Origin: Patescibacteria group bacterium
GTDB lineage: Bacteria; Patescibacteriota; Patescibacteriia; JAXHNJ01
Reading direction: 5' to 3'
Length of the DNA: 64,000 bases
NCBI GenBank assembly: GCA_041649715.1
Contig: JBAZMP010000001.1
Span: 146,741 to 210,740 of the forward strand
How positions within the stretch are numbered: position 1 is the first letter of the stretch; every line of letters starts with the position of its first letter. This document shows positions 36,876 through 48,100 of this stretch, piece by piece. The translations under genes and the position numbers were made by a program. Below the pieces are notes generated by a model. That model saw only the letters and a program-made list of their open reading frames with translations, made no database searches and was not told the DNA's origin.

Positions 36876-39338
36876 ATGAATAATGGTTATCGTCCGCGGG
36901 AAATCGAAAAAAAATGGCAAGAATTATGGGCTGACGGAAAATTATCCGCCGCCTCCGACAAGAAAAAAAATAAATACTATTGTTTGATTGAGTTTCCCTA
37001 CCCTTCCGGCGATGGTCTGCATGTCGGGCATCTAAGGAGTTATACGGCTTTGGATATTGTCGCCCGGAAAAAAAGAATGGAAGGCAGGGACGTTTTATTT
37101 CCTATCGGTTTTGACTCTTTCGGCCTGCCCACGGAAAATTACGCCATAAAAGTCAAAAGAAAACCGCAGGCTATAACGCGCGAAAATATCGTCAATTTTA
37201 CCCGGCAGCTGAAAGCCATGGGCTTTTCTTTTGATTGGAGCCGGGCGGTTGACACCTCCGACCCGAAATATTATAAATGGACCCAGTGGATTTTTTTGCA
37301 ACTGTACAAAGCCGGTCTGGTTTACCAGAAAGAAATGCCGATCAATTGGTGTCCTGCCTGCAAGATCGGTCTGGCGAACGAAGAAGTGGTGGGTGGCAAA
37401 TGCGAACGTTGCGGTTCGGCCGTAACCAAGAAAAATCAGAAACAATGGCTTTTTAAAATCACTAAATATGCCGATCGTCTTATCTCCGATCTGGACAAAG
37501 TTGATTATCTGGAAAAAATCAAGCGGCAGCAGATAAATTGGATCGGCCGGTCAGAAGGAGCTAACGTTAAATTCCAAATCACAAGCACCAAATCCCAAAT
37601 AAATTCTAAATCTCAAATTCAAAACTCCAAACAAATTATTGAAGTGTTTACCACTAGGCCAGACACTCTTTACGGCGTGACTTACGTGGTTTTGTCGCCG
37701 GAACATGAACTTATTAAGAATTTAAAAAAGAGGATTGATAATTATCCGGAGGTAAAAACGTATATTGAAAGCGCGGCTAAAAAGTCAGATTTAGAAAGAA
37801 CGGAAAGCAAAGAAAAAACCGGCGTGGAATTAAAAGGAATTAAAGCCATAAATCCGGTTAATCAGGAGGAAATTCCCATTTTTGTAGCGGATTATGTTTT
37901 AACCGGTTATGGGACAGGTGCCATTATGGCCGTGCCGGGGCATGACGAGCGGGATTTTGAATTCGCAAAAAAGTATAATCTTGAGATTAGAATTGTGATA
38001 TTACCGTCAGTAGGTAAGAACGAAAAAGAGTTATTTGCTCAGCGAGAGGAAATCAAGAATAAAAATGAGTGTTTTTGCGGAATTGGCAATTTGATTAATT
38101 CGGGCGGGTACAACGGCTTTAATTCAGTGCGAGCGAGTGAAAAAATAACAGATTGGCTGCAAAATAACAGTTTCGGCAGAAAAGCCGTCAATTACAAGCT
38201 TCGCGACTGGATTTTTTCCCGCCAGCATTATTGGGGCGAGCCGATCCCTTTAATTCATTGTGAAAGATGCGGAGAGGTTCCTGTACCGGAAAAAGACTTG
38301 CCGGTAGAATTACCCGATGTTAAGGAATACGAGCCGACTAATACCGGTGAGTCACCACTGGCTAAAATTACCGATTGGGTGAATACAAAGTGTCCGCAGT
38401 GCGGCGGGAAGGCCTTGCGCGAGACTGATACCATGCCCAACTGGGCCGGTTCAAACTGGTATTTCATCCGTTATTGCGATCCGCATAATGACAAGGCTTT
38501 TGCCGACATGAAAAAGATGAAGCACTGGCTGCCGGTGGATTTGTACAACGGCGGTATGGAGCATACCACTCTGCATCTTTTATATTCCCGCTTCTGGTAC
38601 AAAGCCTTATATGATTTAAAACTGGTGCCGACAGACGAGCCCTATCAAAAGCGGGTTTCCCACGGTATGGTTTTGGCGGAAGACGGACAGAAAATGTCCA
38701 AGTCGCGCGGCAATGTCATTAATCCCGATACGGTGGTTAAGGAATTCGGGGCGGACGCGGTCAGGCTTTATGAAATGTTTATGGGGCCTTTTGACCAGGC
38801 GATCAACTGGTCAGCCGACGGTTTGCGGGGGACAAAAAGATTTTTGGATAAAATTTTCAAGATTTTTTCTGAAAATAAGAAAGGTGAAACAAGCGCCGCT
38901 TTACATAAAACAATTAAGAAAGTAACGGAAGATATCGATAATTTGAGATTTAATACCGCAGTTTCCTCGCTCATGATTTTAGTAAATGAAATATCAGAAA
39001 AAGGCGCGGATAAAAACACATGGGAAAAATTTTTAGTTATCCTTTCGCCTTTTGCTCCTCATCTGGCCGAAGAACTCTGGGAGAAATTAGGGCATAAACA
39101 GTCTGTTTTTAAAGAAAAATGGCCTTCTTTTGACCCAAAACTGGTTAAAGACGAAGAAGTGGAATTTATTATTCAGGTTAATGGTAAATTGCGCGATAGA
39201 TTAAAATTGCCAATTGATATTTCGGAAAACGAAGCAAAAGAAAAAGCCTTGAACTCCGAGAAAGTCAAAAAATACGTGTCAGGCGAGCCGAAAAAAGTAA
39301 TATTCGTCAAAGGAAGATTAATTAATTTTGTCGTTTAA
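36876..39338 (+). CDS. leuS: Leucyl-tRNA synthetase
   Basis: HVGHLRSYTALDIVARKKRMEG (HIGH), TTRPDTLYGVTYVVLSPEH (CP1 editing domain), KMSKSRGN (KMSKS). The protein is 820 aa and contains a low-complexity insertion QITSTKSQINSKSQIQNSKQ. Confidence 0.95.
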   Translation: MNNGYRPREIEKKWQELWADGKLSAASDKKKNKYYCLIEFPYPSGDGLHVGHLRSYTALDIVARKKRMEGRDVLFPIGFDSFGLPTENYAIKVKRKPQAITRENIVNFTRQLKAMGFSFDWSRAVDTSDPKYYKWTQWIFLQLYKAGLVYQKEMPINWCPACKIGLANEEVVGGKCERCGSAVTKKNQKQWLFKITKYADRLISDLDKVDYLEKIKRQQINWIGRSEGANVKFQITSTKSQINSKSQIQNSKQIIEVFTTRPDTLYGVTYVVLSPEHELIKNLKKRIDNYPEVKTYIESAAKKSDLERTESKEKTGVELKGIKAINPVNQEEIPIFVADYVLTGYGTGAIMAVPGHDERDFEFAKKYNLEIRIVILPSVGKNEKELFAQREEIKNKNECFCGIGNLINSGGYNGFNSVRASEKITDWLQNNSFGRKAVNYKLRDWIFSRQHYWGEPIPLIHCERCGEVPVPEKDLPVELPDVKEYEPTNTGESPLAKITDWVNTKCPQCGGKALRETDTMPNWAGSNWYFIRYCDPHNDKAFADMKKMKHWLPVDLYNGGMEHTTLHLLYSRFWYKALYDLKLVPTDEPYQKRVSHGMVLAEDGQKMSKSRGNVINPDTVVKEFGADAVRLYEMFMGPFDQAINWSADGLRGTKRFLDKIFKIFSENKKGETSAALHKTIKKVTEDIDNLRFNTAVSSLMILVNEISEKGADKNTWEKFLVILSPFAPHLAEELWEKLGHKQSVFKEKWPSFDPKLVKDEEVEFIIQVNGKLRDRLKLPIDISENEAKEKALNSEKVKKYVSGEPKKVIFVKGRLINFVV

Positions 39339-39340
39339 CG

Positions 39341-39946
39341 ATGGCTGATAATATTATTCTCAATGATAAAATATATAATTTAATCGACAATGATTTACCC
39401 TGTCTTGTCGTTTATAGCGAAAAGGCCGGCGGCTCTCACTTTACCGTGACCATGATTACCGATCTATTTTTACAGGGAAAAAAGATACTGTTTTTGACGG
39501 CTTATCCGATGGCAAAGGATAATTTTTTAGAACAAATAAAAGATTTTTTTGGTAAAACCATTTATATTACCGATAAAAAACAGCTTGACGATACGCCAGG
39601 GATCATTATAGAGAGCGGAAACGAGGAATTATTTTTGGAAGCCTTGAAATTACTGCCGGACATTAAGGAGCGGATTATTCTGATCAAAAACATGGAAGTA
39701 TTTAGCCAGACTGTTTTTGATGCCTGCCTTGATTTTCCGAATCTTATCCTTTCCGGGGATATTGACAAGTGTGTCGCTAAGGAGCAAATCATTAAAAAGG
39801 TTTACAAAACTATTGTCGTTTTTTCCAAGCCTCAAATTAAACTAGGTTTTGAAATTCCCGCGCTTGAAAAATACGTCGGTTATTGGTGGAACCAAGACAA
39901 TAAAGGTTTAGTGAAAATAAAGATGGGAGAAAGAAAGATTAATTAA
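39341..39946 (+). CDS. Hypothetical protein
   Basis: 201-aa ORF immediately after leuS. No recognisable family. A degenerate P-loop-like segment reads EKAGGSHFT. Confidence 0.5.
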   Translation: MADNIILNDKIYNLIDNDLPCLVVYSEKAGGSHFTVTMITDLFLQGKKILFLTAYPMAKDNFLEQIKDFFGKTIYITDKKQLDDTPGIIIESGNEELFLEALKLLPDIKERIILIKNMEVFSQTVFDACLDFPNLILSGDIDKCVAKEQIIKKVYKTIVVFSKPQIKLGFEIPALEKYVGYWWNQDNKGLVKIKMGERKIN

Positions 39947-39964
39947 TTTTGTCGTTTAATTAAT

Positions 39965-40657
39965 ATGGAAGAAAGAGAACATGAATTAGGAAACAAGGAG
40001 GAATTGAAGGATGCTTTTGGCGTCGATTTGGAGCGGCGAAAAGAGATGATGGATCTGGATGCCGAACTAGTTGTCAGGCGATGCCTGAGAAAGAAGTTGC
40101 AGCCTCGTGAACTGCTGAAATTAAAATTTGACCCCACTGATCCATTTATGATCGGGCGTTACAGCGAAGAAAAAATTCATGAAACCCTGGAATCAGTCGA
40201 TAATCTCAGGGATTATGATCTTAAAGAAAAAACAGATTATGAGCAGGCCGTAGACGCGGTCGGCCTTATCTTTAATAATTTGGCGGAATTTGAGTTTGCC
40301 GATCAAGGACGGCTCAGGCATGCTTCAGAAGGAATAATGGAATCCATGAAAAATCAAAAAGAGGCTGGTATCCTCCAGTATGAACTTAGAAATAAAGATG
40401 GACACATATCGCTTATGATCCATGTGCCGCCCCAGGCGGAGAATTTAACCAGAGGAAAACTTAGAGAAGCGCGCCAAAGACTGGCTGAAGTGGTCAAAAA
40501 CGATGTATCAATTGAAGAAATCGAAGGCAGCTCCTTGCTGCTTGAGCATCCCCTTGTCAGAAAATTGGGTTTTGAAATTGACCAGGAATCGGATGAGGGT
40601 TTTACTCCCAATTTTCATATGGCGAGAGAAGAATTTTTAGAAAGATTTACTCACTAA
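39965..40657 (+). CDS. Hypothetical protein
   Basis: 230-aa ORF. No recognisable family. Confidence 0.5.
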   Translation: MEEREHELGNKEELKDAFGVDLERRKEMMDLDAELVVRRCLRKKLQPRELLKLKFDPTDPFMIGRYSEEKIHETLESVDNLRDYDLKEKTDYEQAVDAVGLIFNNLAEFEFADQGRLRHASEGIMESMKNQKEAGILQYELRNKDGHISLMIHVPPQAENLTRGKLREARQRLAEVVKNDVSIEEIEGSSLLLEHPLVRKLGFEIDQESDEGFTPNFHMAREEFLERFTH

Positions 40658-40660
40658 AAT

Positions 40661-41209
40661 ATGGATTTCTTTGAAACCATTTTAAAGCGCCATTCCGTCC
40701 GGGCTTATCTTTCTAAGCCAGTGGAGGAAAAGAAGCTTAAAAAAATCATGGGGGCCGGCCTCCATTCCGCCTCCGCCCATCACCGCCAGCCATATAAAGT
40801 TTTTGTGGTCAAGGAGAAGAAATTAAGGCAGGGGATTGTCAGGGCCAATCACCCGATTAATTTTTGGTTAAAAGAAGCGCCGGTTATCATGGTCATCTGC
40901 CTCGCCGGCGGGAAAAAAGAAGATAAAAAGTATCCGCTAATCGACGCCGGAATAATGTTGGCAAATATAATGCTGGCGGCCACGGCCCTGGGTTTAGGCT
41001 CCTGCGCCTGCGGGGCTTTCAAGGCAGAAAAAGTCAAAAAAATCCTAAAGTTATCCATCAATCTCAAGCCCATCATCTGTCTGCCTGTGGGTTATCCGCG
41101 AAATAAAAGAAAAAGAATGATTGATCTGTCCAAGGATTATGAAAAATTAAGCCGCGCCCTGCTTCATTACAAAGACAAGAAAATAGATGATATTTTTATT
41201 CCCCGATAA
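40661..41209 (+). CDS. Nitroreductase-family protein
   Basis: MDFFETILKRHSVRAYLSKPVEEKKLKKIMGAGLHSASAHHRQPYKVFVV...IMLAATALGLGSC is typical nitroreductase. Confidence 0.8.
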   Translation: MDFFETILKRHSVRAYLSKPVEEKKLKKIMGAGLHSASAHHRQPYKVFVVKEKKLRQGIVRANHPINFWLKEAPVIMVICLAGGKKEDKKYPLIDAGIMLANIMLAATALGLGSCACGAFKAEKVKKILKLSINLKPIICLPVGYPRNKRKRMIDLSKDYEKLSRALLHYKDKKIDDIFIPR

Positions 41210-41215
41210 AACTAA

Positions 41216-41614
41216 ATGAAAAGAACGATAATAACGATAATAATTTTAACCTTCTCCTTATTTATCATCGGTTGTCAAGAAGAGACGTCGGTTATTAATA
41301 ATACGAATCCGTCGAATTCAGCCGCCCGTGATTTAGACGAGGTAAAAGAGCCGATTTTTTTCTACAGCAATGGCTGCGGCCATTGCCAGAAGGTAAAGGA
41401 ATACATCGCTGAAAATAATATTAAAAATGCCGTGTCTTACCGTGAAGTGGAGGCCTTTGCCACCCAAGAAAATTTGGACCTATTCAACGAAAAATCGGCC
41501 GCCTGCGGTATCGCGGAAAATGAACGGGGCGTGCCCCTGGTTTTTGAGAATGGTGAATGTTATTTCGGTCAATTTGAAGCGATAGATTTTTTTAAGAAAA
41601 AAGCCGGTCTTTAA
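41216..41614 (+). CDS. Thioredoxin-fold lipoprotein with a CxxC motif
   Basis: Lipoprotein signal MKRTIITIIILTFSLFIIGC, then FFYSNGCGHCQKVKEYI (glutaredoxin/thioredoxin-like CxxC). Confidence 0.6.
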   Translation: MKRTIITIIILTFSLFIIGCQEETSVINNTNPSNSAARDLDEVKEPIFFYSNGCGHCQKVKEYIAENNIKNAVSYREVEAFATQENLDLFNEKSAACGIAENERGVPLVFENGECYFGQFEAIDFFKKKAGL

Positions 41615-41624
41615 ACCCAAAAAA

Positions 41625-42200
41625 TTGGAAATCATAAAGCGAAAAGCTAAAAATTTCTGGCCGAAGGTCATTGCGGTCTTAAAAAACAAGGGCGTGATTG
41701 TTTTTCCCACGGACACCGCTTATGGGCTGGGCGCCGATTTTCTCTCAAACCGGGCCATAAATAATATTTATCGGATAAAAAACCGGCCGAAGTCAAAAAA
41801 AATCGGGCTCGTGGCCGCTTCGCTTAAGCAGATAAAAAAATTTTTCCGCCTTAATCCCAAGGAATTATCTTTGGCAAAAAAACACTGGCCCGGGCCGCTG
41901 ACCATTATCCTGCCCTTAAAAAACAAAAAAATAAAATTAGGCGTGCGGGTGCCCAGACTGGCCTTGGCCAGGCAAATTTGCGGGCGTTACGGCCGGCCTC
42001 TAACCGCTACTTCCGCCAATATCGCCGGAGAAAATGAGAGCTACGCTCCAAGCGAAGTTTTAAAACAATTTCGCCGCCGGAAATATCAGCCCGACCTGCT
42101 GATAGACGCCGGCCGGTTAAAAAAAGAAAAACCCTCCACCTTGATTGTCTGTAAAAATAATCAAATAAAAACAATAAGACCGGGTCCCATAAAAATATGA
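41625..42200 (+). CDS. tsaC: L-threonylcarbamoyladenylate synthase (TsaC/YrdC/Sua5 family)
   Basis: VIVFPTDTAYGLGAD...IKNRPKSKKIGLVAASL...LTIILP...RVPRLALARQIC...PLTATSANIAG matches YrdC. The start is a TTG at 41625, so the exact start is uncertain. Confidence 0.8.
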   Translation: MEIIKRKAKNFWPKVIAVLKNKGVIVFPTDTAYGLGADFLSNRAINNIYRIKNRPKSKKIGLVAASLKQIKKFFRLNPKELSLAKKHWPGPLTIILPLKNKKIKLGVRVPRLALARQICGRYGRPLTATSANIAGENESYAPSEVLKQFRRRKYQPDLLIDAGRLKKEKPSTLIVCKNNQIKTIRPGPIKI

Positions 42201-43357
42201 ATTTAAAAATGATCAGTTATAACGTTTCCCACTATTTTTCCAAGAGAGTGCCGCGGCAGCTCGAAGAACTTTACGCCTCCGTGGCCATCATGGATTTTGC
42301 CATTTCTTCCATCGCCATTTTTGAGCCGATTTACTTGTGGAAAATCGGCTACTCCCTGCAAAGCATCCTCATTTTTTATTTGATGGTTTACGGTCTTTAT
42401 TTTTTGCTGGTTCCCCTGGGCGGCAAATTAATCGGCCTTATCGGCTATGAGCGGACTATTTTATACAGCTGTTTTTTTCTCATCTTCTTCTACTTGAGCC
42501 TGTTTTTAATCCCTCATCATCCGGTTTTCTTACTCCTGGCGGTTTTTATGTATGCCATGCAAAAAAGTCTGTATTGGCCGGCTTATCACGGGGATTTCGC
42601 CGAATATTCGCAAAAAGAAGACCGGGGCAAAGAAACGGCCGGGCTGATGGATATTTCTCTGGTCGTTTGCGTCTTTGGGCCCTTGGCCGGGGGTTTTATT
42701 ATCAAATTCTTCGGGTTTAACGCCTTATTTTTCATTGTTTCCCTCTTGATCCTTATTTCGAACATCCCGCTGATGGTAACCAAGGAAGAATTCAAAAAAG
42801 TCGGGTTTCCCTATTTATCAACCTATAAAATGATCTTAAAAAAAGAAAATGTTAAAAGCTTCCTGGCCTACCTGGGTTTCGGCGAGGAATTGATCGTGAT
42901 GGTGGTCTGGCCGATTTTTATATACTTGGTGATAAAAGATTTTCTTACTCTGGGTGGCCTGGTCGCTTTATCCACTCTGGTGACGAGCCTGTTGATTCTT
43001 TATATCGGTAAACTGACGGATAATAAAGATAAAAAGAAATTGATCAGGACCGGTTCGGTTTTTTATTCCGCGGCCTGGTTCATCCGTCTTTTAGCCGTCA
43101 GCGGCTTTCACGTTTTTTTTATTGATGCTTTTTCGCGCATATTCAAAAGCGTAATTTATGTGCCGGTCGTGACCACCACTTATGACCGGGCGAACAAGTC
43201 CGATATCGTCAGGACGGTTGTTTTTTTTGAACAAAGCCTGGCTTTAGGCAAAGTAATCGCCTGTCTTATCGCCTACTTTCTCCTTTTCTTTTTCAGCGGC
43301 TGGACCGCCGCCTTCGTGATTGCCGGCTTGATGACCTTTCTCTACGTGCTGTTATAA
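42197..43357 (+). CDS. Polytopic membrane protein, MFS-transporter-like
   Basis: About 12 hydrophobic segments, with an MFS-like loop motif LVPLGGKLIGLIGYERT. Confidence 0.55.
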   Translation: MNLKMISYNVSHYFSKRVPRQLEELYASVAIMDFAISSIAIFEPIYLWKIGYSLQSILIFYLMVYGLYFLLVPLGGKLIGLIGYERTILYSCFFLIFFYLSLFLIPHHPVFLLLAVFMYAMQKSLYWPAYHGDFAEYSQKEDRGKETAGLMDISLVVCVFGPLAGGFIIKFFGFNALFFIVSLLILISNIPLMVTKEEFKKVGFPYLSTYKMILKKENVKSFLAYLGFGEELIVMVVWPIFIYLVIKDFLTLGGLVALSTLVTSLLILYIGKLTDNKDKKKLIRTGSVFYSAAWFIRLLAVSGFHVFFIDAFSRIFKSVIYVPVVTTTYDRANKSDIVRTVVFFEQSLALGKVIACLIAYFLLFFFSGWTAAFVIAGLMTFLYVLL

Positions 43358-43368
43358 TAAATATTTGC

Positions 43369-44211
43369 ATGCTAAATTTATCAAAAGAGCTTATTCAGAC
43401 ACTTTGTCGTAAGATCGGTTTTTACCCTCGGCGTTCGTCGGGGCAGAATTTTTTGTATAATCAGGATACAATCCGGAAAATTTTGGACGAGTCGGACCTG
43501 TCGAAAGACGACATTATACTGGAGATCGGGCCAGGCCTCGGTTTTTTAACAGAAATGATAGCGACCCGGGCAAAAAAGCTGGTCGCCGTAGAGCTGGATA
43601 GGCGTTTAGCCGGCTTTTTGAAGGATAAGCTGTCCGCCTACAAAAATACGGAAGTGATCCGGGCGGATATATTTGAAATCGATTTAAAAAAACATTTCAA
43701 GGATAACGAATATAAACTGATCGCCAATCTGCCTTATAATATCACTTCTCTTGTCTTAAGAAATTTTTTGGCCCTGCCGCCGCGGCCCAGAGAAATGCTA
43801 CTGCTGGTACAGAAAGAAGTGGCGGAAAGAATTTGTGCTCGCCCCGGGGAAATGAGCCTCCTTTCTCTGGTTTGCCAGTATTATTCTTCGCCCCGGATCA
43901 TTAAAAATATCGGACGGGAAAATTTCTGGCCGGAACCCAAGGTTGATACCTGTTTGATCAAGTTGAAAAATATCGGAGCAAGAAGTAAGATGGCGGGGGG
44001 AGAAAGAGCTTTTTTTAAACTGATTAAGGTCGGTTTTAGCGCCAAAAGAAAGAAATTAACCAATAATTTAAAGAATGGGTTAGGAATTTCCGCTGAAATT
44101 AGCCAAAAAGCCCTAAAAAAACAAAATCTTGACCCGCAAATCAGACCGCAACAACTCTCTTTGGAAAATTGGCTGTTGTTAAGCAAATATTTCTTTGACA
44201 TTTTGATTTAA
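43369..44211 (+). CDS. rsmA: 16S rRNA (adenine1518/1519-N6)-dimethyltransferase
   Basis: RRSSGQNFLYNQDTIRKIL...IILEIGPGLGFLTEMI...LIANLPYNITS matches KsgA/RsmA. Confidence 0.9.
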   Translation: MLNLSKELIQTLCRKIGFYPRRSSGQNFLYNQDTIRKILDESDLSKDDIILEIGPGLGFLTEMIATRAKKLVAVELDRRLAGFLKDKLSAYKNTEVIRADIFEIDLKKHFKDNEYKLIANLPYNITSLVLRNFLALPPRPREMLLLVQKEVAERICARPGEMSLLSLVCQYYSSPRIIKNIGRENFWPEPKVDTCLIKLKNIGARSKMAGGERAFFKLIKVGFSAKRKKLTNNLKNGLGISAEISQKALKKQNLDPQIRPQQLSLENWLLLSKYFFDILI

Positions 44212-44258
44212 ATGTGCTATAATTGATAGGTCTAATACTGTTATTTTCGTCAAAAATA

Positions 44259-45131
44259 ATGCCTGATATAATTCGGCAAAATCCCCCTGATTCAAGCCCC
44301 GATAAAGGCGACCGGCCCGATAAGATAAATGAAAGGAAAATTTTTGCCTTGGTGGGTTTAATAGGTGTCGTGGCTCTTTTTTTAGGATTTATGCAGCTTT
44401 TGCAACAGATAAGAAGTCCTTTCTTACCCGAGGATGTGACTTTAAGCAATGCCGCCCTTCTTACCAACGAACAGTTAAGCGAGATAAACAATTTAAGATC
44501 GGCTGATACCGACGGTGACGGACTTTTCGACTATGACGAACTTTATGTTCATAACACCAGCCCTTATCTTAAAGATTCGGATTCGGACGGCATTTCTGAC
44601 AAGGAAGAGGTTACAAACGGCACCGATCCGAATTGTCCGTCCGGCCAGGATTGCACCGGTTCTTCCAATACCAATAGCGTTAAGACAAATTCAAGTTCTG
44701 CCGGCCAAAATAACACCAATTCTGGGCTCTTAGCCGGCAACATGTCCGCGGATACTTTGCGCGTAACTTTGAAAAACGCCGGCGTGCCGCAGAGTGTTCT
44801 GGACGGCACGAGCGACGAAGACTTACTGGCCGTCTACAATCAGACGATCAGCGAAACGAAGAATGCCAACACAAATTCCAGCGTAAGCGCGAACAATAAT
44901 CTTAATATCAATTTGAACACTAATACGGCCGCTGATACCAATATATCTGTCAGTGATTTAAACAGCGCCCTGCAAGATCTTACGCCGGCCGAAATCAGAG
45001 AGCTGCTGACGGAATACGGTTTGGAAGAAAGCATGCTTAATAACGTGGATGACGACACTTTGCAGGCGATCTTTCTTCAGGCGATGGCCGAGCAAGAGCA
45101 GACTGAAACGAACACCAATATAAACCAATAA
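44259..45131 (+). CDS. Membrane-anchored protein with thrombospondin type-3-like Ca-binding Asp repeats
   Basis: One TM segment (IFALVGLIGVVALFLGF), then DTDGDGLFDYDE...DSDSDGISDKEE and an Asn/Thr-rich low-complexity tail. The ATG at 44259 is preferred over the TTG at 44223. Confidence 0.55.
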   Translation: MPDIIRQNPPDSSPDKGDRPDKINERKIFALVGLIGVVALFLGFMQLLQQIRSPFLPEDVTLSNAALLTNEQLSEINNLRSADTDGDGLFDYDELYVHNTSPYLKDSDSDGISDKEEVTNGTDPNCPSGQDCTGSSNTNSVKTNSSSAGQNNTNSGLLAGNMSADTLRVTLKNAGVPQSVLDGTSDEDLLAVYNQTISETKNANTNSSVSANNNLNINLNTNTAADTNISVSDLNSALQDLTPAEIRELLTEYGLEESMLNNVDDDTLQAIFLQAMAEQEQTETNTNINQ

Positions 45132-45137
45132 TTTAAT

Positions 45138-48100
45138 ATGCCCCGTTCACCCGTGGGTAAAAACAAGAAAAAGCAAACAATCAGTAGCTATTTTATGCTA
45201 CTTTTTTTTGTGTCCGTCATTGTGATCCCCTTCTTGCTTAAGCCGGAAAGAGCCGACGCGCAAATGGTCGATCCGACCGGCTGGCCGCGGACGATTTTTA
45301 CGGAAATAAAACAAGCCTACCGCTGGGTTAAGGATAATATTTATAACAAGCTCCAGGGCACGCTGAAAGAGGCGGCGGCCGTCGCTTTTAAGAATTCAAT
45401 GAAGGTATTTTTCGGCCGGCTCGCCGAAGATACGGCTGTTTGGCTGGCTTCGGCCGGCACCGGCCAAAAACCGCTTTTTTTGTCCGATCCCGGGCAATAC
45501 TTTAAAGATGTGGGCGACGCCGCTTTGGGTGACGCCCTTTATACTTTAGGCGCCAACACTTTCGGGGTCAATGTCTGCGAGCCGGACCTTTCGGCCAAGA
45601 TCAGCATCACTTTCGCCTTGGGAAAAACCTTTAATCCTTCGACCTGGTGCCAAGATTCCTGCCGGAGCACAAACAGTACGCAGAGCAAGGCGGTAAGTGC
45701 CAAATATATCATGACCTCCGATATGACCGAAGAACAAAAAGAGCGGACGATTGATTATTTTAAGGCGTTTGATTCGGAGGCAGGAATAGAAAATTTTAAA
45801 GATCTTAAGCCGGGGTCTTTCATCTGTCCGGTCACTTGCCCGACGGGCATAGGCAGAATGGGATTTATTCCAAATTGTTCGAACCCAGCCTATGCCGACG
45901 AGGGAGGAACGCCTCTCAATACCGAACGGGTTAATCTTCAGGCTTGTATCACGACTATGCAGTTTTTGTACGACTCCGAGTTACAAAAATCGCAGACGGA
46001 TTTGAACCTGTGCCTGCGTAACTGCACTAAGGGTGCCCGCAAGGCCCAATGTACGGCCTCCACTGTCCTGAAGAATGTCAAAAACTTGAAGGATCAAAAA
46101 ATAATAGGGACCCAGGTCGGTTTATATTTTCAGCCCGAACAGAACGATCTGGGCCAGCTTTTGACCCTGTATGGCGTGCTGCAAGAGAAAAAACAATCGG
46201 AAATTGATGCAGAAAGACTTTTGTACCAGAATCAGATCGGCCCCGTCACTTCAAAAGTGACCCGGGAAGTGCTGACTCCTTCCGAACTTGTCCAGGCGCG
46301 GGGAACGGTTTCTCTCCAGCAGGCGACGGCGACCGAAGAGGTTTACACCGGTTCTATCAAGGCCGATGTTGTTACCATATTCACCAATACTTTGATTAAT
46401 AAATTGATTCAGCGGTTTTACGGGGGCAAGTGCGCCCTCAACCCTTCGGCGGAAGCCTGCAAGGGTCCGTCTGGCGGTTCCAAATTGAGCCAGCTGATTT
46501 TTGGCGGCGGCGGGCCATCCGGCATCGCGGCGGCTAAACTGCAGTTCGCCTCTATTGCCAAGCTCAATTTTACCCGCGGTTCACCCGGCCAGGACCCGAT
46601 AGCCATCAATGACCTGGTCGCCAAGGGAATTGTTGATTCGGGTTTTCAAACGGCCATTGACCAGATGCTGACAGTCAAAGAAGCGATTGATAAAGGCCTG
46701 GTCGGCGGGACTTTTGGCTTTGACGTGGAAGGCCGCGAACCGAACCTTGATTCCGGCGTGCCCTACCAGACGATCGTCTATTTGCGCAAATATCGGGTGG
46801 TGCCCGTCGGCTGGGAACTGGCAGCCGAGTGGATAAGGGATCATCCGCAGAACATCACTTTAGAAAAACTGGTCAGCGAAGAATTCAGCCGTTGCGACTC
46901 GGACAAGCATTTTTGCAGCAATAATAATACGAGAAGCTGTCAGGCGGACAGTGATTGTTACGACGAAAATATTTACCCGGCCTGCACTGGCAATAGCCAG
47001 TGTCCCGGACAGATCTGTTTGTCGGCGACCGAAGGGGCTAAATCGGTTTGCTACGACAGTTGTGATCCGGACGTGCCACCCGAGGATCTTCCCTGCGGCG
47101 ACGGCCGGGAGTGCCGGACGACGGCGACCGGCACCGGTTACTGCGTGAGAACGGATGAACCTTTTTGCCAGCCGGAAAGCGGCGTTTCGCCTTTTTGCGG
47201 CCTGGTGGATCCGAACTGGGTCTTAAAGATGCCGGAAACTTATTGCGAGAAAAGAGGCGCTTCGGATACTATCCTGGCCAAGGATTTTATCTGCGATGAG
47301 GACACCAACGGCGACGAAAAAGTGGATTGTAATAACGGAGATATCGGTCATTGGCAGATCAGTCGCGACTCCGAGACTTGCGTGGACGAAGTGGCGTGTT
47401 TGAAGGAAGACAGTCAGGGTAAATGCCAAGCTTACGGCTATTGTTTCGAGGAAAAACCTATCTGGCGTTTCAACGGCGACGAATGTTCTCGCGTCTATGC
47501 CTCCTGCCAGAGTTATACGGCGGCGGACGGCTCCACGGTTTCCTATTTAAAAAATACTTTAGATACCAATGGTTGTGACGCGACCAATGCCGGCTGCCGC
47601 TGGTACTGCGCCGAGCCGGCTTATGACACGGCGACCGGCCAGTGGTCTTGCACCCGCGATAACGCGAGCAACAAGATACGCTTTGACCGCGATGTCGCCG
47701 AGTGCGATGAAACCGAAGTCGGCTGCCAGGAATATATCACTACCGGCGAAAGCAGCGGCGCTAATATTTTTGCCAACAGCAGCTTCGAATACTATACCGT
47801 CCAAATTGATGACGGCGTTCCTGATTTATACTCGGATTACACCCCGGGCTATCCGAGCGTGTGGGTAGGTAATCAAAACATTCTTTCGCCGTGTGGCGCG
47901 GCGGCGGAAGCGGTGAGCGACGCTTATACCGGCGGAGCCGCCCTCAAGCTTACTTGGCGAGACACTTGCTCCGCGACAGACTCCGGCCATTACATGGTAC
48001 TGAACGACATTAACACCGGCCACTCGGTGTTGAATCGGACTTTCACTTTTTCTTTTTACGCCAAAGCGGATGCGGCTACGGTATTGACTGTTAACGCCAG

